This document shows positions 44,614 through 47,058 of a stretch of 47,058 nt of DNA, in pieces. A program made the position numbers and the translations under genes. The stretch covers positions 1 through 47,058 of the forward strand of contig CAZKQD010000003.1 of assembly GCA_964554835.1 (NCBI GenBank). The letters are read 5' to 3'. Source of the DNA: an uncultured Planctomycetia bacterium (lineage in GTDB: Bacteria > Omnitrophota > Gorgyraeia > JAGLLT01 > CAZKQD01). The notes below the pieces were generated by a model. That model was not told where the DNA came from. It was given only the letters and a program-made list of their open reading frames with translations, and searched no databases. Every line of letters starts with the position of its first letter. The first letter of the stretch is position 1.

Positions 44614-45879
44614 ATGGATAAAGTTATTATACAAGGTGGCAAAAAGCTAAATGGTGAAATTGAAATAAGCGGCGCTAAAAATGCAGTATTGCCTATTTTA
44701 GCTGCCACATTATTGACAGAGGATACTTCTATTATAAAGAATGTGCCTGAAGTGGTCGATGTCTACACTATGGCTGAAATACTTAAATCCTTGGGTGTAA
44801 CTGTTAATCATCAGAAAAATACAATAAAAGTAACTCCTAATAAACACAAGGAATTTACAGCGCCTTATCGTCTTGTTAGTACTATGAGAGCTTCTATTTG
44901 TGTGTTGGGGCCTCTTTTGGCTAAGTCAGGTAAAGCTCGTGTTTCTATGCCAGGAGGCTGTGTTATAGGACCAAGACCTATTGACTTACACCTAAAAGGA
45001 TTAAGAGCGCTAGGAGCAGATATCAATATAGATCACGGCTATATTAATGCTAAAGGGGACTCTTTAAAAGGCGCTGAGATCTATCTAGGAGGAGCTTTTG
45101 GCTCAAGTGTATTAGCAACTGCTAACGTTATGATGGCAGCTGTCTTAGCAGAAGGTCGAACAATCATAGAAAATGCAGCCTGTGAACCAGAGATTGTAGA
45201 TCTATCAGAGTTTTTAATAGAGATGGGCGCTAAGATTAAAGGGTATAGTTCTCCTGTTATAAAAATAGAGGGAGTTAAAGAATTACATGGAGCAGAACAT
45301 ACTGTTATTTCTGATAGAATTGAAGCAGGTACTTATATGATAGCTGCTGCTATAACAAATTCTGAACTGACTCTTAAAAGAACTTCTGTTTCTCATTTAG
45401 GCGCTGTGGTGGATAAACTTAAGGAAATGGGTGTGAAAATTTCAAAGGGCAGTAATACCATAAAAGTTATACCTAACGGGGATTTAAGACCGATTGACAT
45501 AGCTACTTTACCTTATCCAGGTTTTCCAACTGATTTACAAGCTCAAATGATGGCTCTTATGAGTATTGTAGATGGAATCAGTATTATAACTGAGAAAGTT
45601 TATCCTAAACGCTTTATGCATGTTAGTGAATTGAACAGAATGGGAGCTCAAATTTATCTTGAGGGACCAAGCGCAATAGTAAAAGGAGTAAGAAGTTTGA
45701 GTGGCGCGCCAGTTATGGCCTCAGACTTAAGAGCGTCCGCGGCTTTGATTCTTGCAGGATTAGTAGCAGGGGGTACAACCGAAGTCCTGCGTGTTTATCA
45801 TTTAGACAGGGGTTATGAAAAGTTCGAAGAAAAATTTTCCAAATTAGGCGCTCGGATTAGAAGAGAAAGAGACATATAA
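44614..45879 (+). CDS. murA: UDP-N-acetylglucosamine 1-carboxyvinyltransferase
   Basis: ISGAKNAVLPILAA, the active-site Cys context PGGCVIGPRPIDLH, and LRASAALILAGL. Confidence 0.95.
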   Translation: MDKVIIQGGKKLNGEIEISGAKNAVLPILAATLLTEDTSIIKNVPEVVDVYTMAEILKSLGVTVNHQKNTIKVTPNKHKEFTAPYRLVSTMRASICVLGPLLAKSGKARVSMPGGCVIGPRPIDLHLKGLRALGADINIDHGYINAKGDSLKGAEIYLGGAFGSSVLATANVMMAAVLAEGRTIIENAACEPEIVDLSEFLIEMGAKIKGYSSPVIKIEGVKELHGAEHTVISDRIEAGTYMIAAAITNSELTLKRTSVSHLGAVVDKLKEMGVKISKGSNTIKVIPNGDLRPIDIATLPYPGFPTDLQAQMMALMSIVDGISIITEKVYPKRFMHVSELNRMGAQIYLEGPSAIVKGVRSLSGAPVMASDLRASAALILAGLVAGGTTEVLRVYHLDRGYEKFEEKFSKLGARIRRERDI

Positions 45880-45880
45880 G

Positions 45881-45915
45881 AAGTCCTAAGTCCTAAGTCC
45901 GAAGTCATAAGTCAA
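45881..45915 (+). repeat. Five tandem heptads directly after the murA stop
   Basis: aagtcct aagtcct aagtccg aagtcat aagtcaa. No complementary arm is visible nearby. Confidence 0.7.
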
Positions 45916-45918
45916 ATT

Positions 45919-45993
45919 AGCTCATAGCTGATGGCTCATGGCTGATAGTAAAGAATATAAAAGCTAAGAGCTATGAGCCAAGAGCTAAGAGCT
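45919..45993 (+). terminator. Heptad-repeat hairpin
   Basis: agctcat agctgat ggctcat ggctgat (45919-45946), 15-nt loop, then agctaag agctatg agccaag agctaag agctc. The arms pair in blocks of 5-12 bp with small internal loops. A further GC hairpin CTGCC-GGCG-GGCAG follows at 45994-46007. Confidence 0.45.
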
Positions 45994-46065
45994 CTGCCGG
46001 CGGGCAGGCAAGTAACTATTTAACCAAGTTAATGTGGAATTAGTATTCATTAAAGGAGGAGTAAA

Positions 46066-46314
46066 GTGGCAGTAAAAATCAGATTAAAAAGAATTGGGGC
46101 AAAGAAGAAGCCGGTGTATAGGATCGTTGTAGCTGACGGTAGAGCCGCAAGAGACGGCGCCTTTATAGAAGAATTAGGTACATATAATCCTACAAAGGTA
46201 AATAAGATTCTCAATCTGAATAAAGAAAGAATCAAGTACTGGCTGGGCAATGGAGCTATAGCATCTGAGACGGTAAAAAACATTTTAAGAAAATTGAATG
46301 TAAAAAATATCTAA
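46066..46314 (+). CDS. rpsP: 30S ribosomal protein S16
   Basis: MAVKIRLKRIGAKKKPVYRIVVAD. GTG start 6 nt after AAAGGAGGAG. Confidence 0.95.
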   Translation: MAVKIRLKRIGAKKKPVYRIVVADGRAARDGAFIEELGTYNPTKVNKILNLNKERIKYWLGNGAIASETVKNILRKLNVKNI

Positions 46315-46315
46315 C

Positions 46316-47002
46316 ATGTTAAAAATAGATATTATTACTATTTTCCCTAATATTTTTGAGCCCATATTGGAGGAATCCATTTTAAAAAGAGCTCAGCAGA
46401 AAAATAAAGTTAAGATAACAATTTATAATTTAAGAGATTATAGCGATGATCCCCACAGAAAGGTAGATGATAGACCTTTTGGCGGTGGACCTGGAATGGT
46501 TATTAGGCCGGAGCCGATGTTTAATGTGCTCGAGAGGATAAAAAAGAAGAGCCCTGAAGCCAAAACTATACTTCTTACACCCCAAGGTGCAAAATTTGAG
46601 CAAAGAGAAGCAAAGAGATTAAGCAAAGAAAAACACTTAATTTTAATTTGCGGTCATTATGAAGGCATAGATGAAAGAATAAGAGAAGAACTTGTAGATG
46701 AAGAAATTTCAATTGGTGACTATATTTTAACTGGCGGTGAACTTCCAGCTTTAATAGTAGTAGATGCTATTATAAGGTTGATGCCCGGGGTTTTAGGACA
46801 TGAGGACTCAGCTCAATGTGATACATTTCAAGATAACTTATTAGAGCATCCTCAATATACAAGACCAGCTGATTATAAAGGCATGAAAGTGCCCAAAGTT
46901 TTGTTGTCAGGCAATCATAAATTAATTAAGGAGTGGAGAAAGAAGCAAGCTTTATTAAGGACCAAAAAGAGAAGGCCAGATCTTATAAAAGGAGAGGAAT
47001 AA
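46316..47002 (+). CDS. trmD: tRNA (guanine37-N1)-methyltransferase
   Basis: IDIITIFPNIF, DDRPFGGGPGMV, LICGHYEGIDERI and GDYILTGGELPAL motifs. Confidence 0.95.
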   Translation: MLKIDIITIFPNIFEPILEESILKRAQQKNKVKITIYNLRDYSDDPHRKVDDRPFGGGPGMVIRPEPMFNVLERIKKKSPEAKTILLTPQGAKFEQREAKRLSKEKHLILICGHYEGIDERIREELVDEEISIGDYILTGGELPALIVVDAIIRLMPGVLGHEDSAQCDTFQDNLLEHPQYTRPADYKGMKVPKVLLSGNHKLIKEWRKKQALLRTKKRRPDLIKGEE

Positions 47003-47004
47003 TT

Positions 47005-47058
47005 ATGAATAAGATGGATATAGTCGAAAAAAGTCAACTTAAAAAAGAAATATCCGAT
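47005..47058 (+). CDS. rplS: 50S ribosomal protein L19, 5' fragment (runs off window)
   Basis: MNKMDIVEKSQLKKEISD matches the usual L19 N-terminus pattern (MN..I..IE..QLK..IP). Expected position after trmD. GGAGAGG SD upstream. Confidence 0.8.
   Translation, partial: MNKMDIVEKSQLKKEISD

Noticed and set aside
5438-46007. Heptad repeat arrays as CRISPR arrays or coding low-complexity sequence
   Set aside because: The units are 7 nt with no spacers and total less than 80 nt. They sit in intergenic DNA right after stop codons. This is incompatible with CRISPR repeat-spacer architecture.
353-46626. All minus-strand ORFs in the track (60-141 aa), for example 6261-6617, 17283-17672, 29463-29849, 30270-30695, 41729-42010
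   Set aside because: Each lies entirely inside or across a well-supported + strand gene. Their translations are low-complexity (S/L/I/F-rich), as expected for antisense frames of AT-rich coding DNA, and none has a start context or recognisable motif.

Overview
AT-rich (about one-third GC by eye, not computed), gene-dense bacterial chromosomal segment. All of the roughly 50 credible genes lie on the + strand; the minus-strand ORFs in the track look like shadow ORFs. I found no rRNA, tRNA, CRISPR array, transposase or integrase. Housekeeping blocks: partial yqeY-like gene, MBL hydrolase, aspartate aminotransferase, an aconitase-family hydratase pair plus an NAD-IDH-like dehydrogenase and mdh, apbE, surA-pdxA-rsmA, gatCAB, ctpA, yibQ-like, tsaD, mgtC, PiT plus DUF47, polA-coaE, rho-rpmE-prfA-(insert)-prmC-murA, and rpsP-trmD-rplS. 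These flank a ~15 kb filament-machine locus (20.8-36 kb) that mixes type IV pilus and type II secretion parts. It carries two PilB/GspE-type ATPases flanking PilT, PilC/GspF, a GspG-type major pseudopilin plus three minor prepilin-type proteins, a PilM-PilN fusion, PilO-like and PilP-like proteins, a TPR protein with a detached secretin N0-like domain, and two tandem very short secretin paralogs. This locus is the best candidate for a non-canonical system. Other points worth a second look: (1) polA is interrupted by one in-frame TAG inside the 5' nuclease domain; (2) intergenic regions carry arrays of degenerate 7-nt repeats that start right at stop codons and fold into hairpins relying on G:U pairs only on the + strand; (3) a family of related hairpins recurs in the leaders of aspC, the TPR/secretin unit and rho, with compensatory stem changes; (4) a conserved TCATTAAAGGAGG extended ribosome-binding motif; (5) a bactofilin fused to an excisionase-type HTH, next to an HTH-transmembrane protein. 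Taxon cannot be assigned from this window. All domain calls come from reading motifs in the translations, not from database searches.
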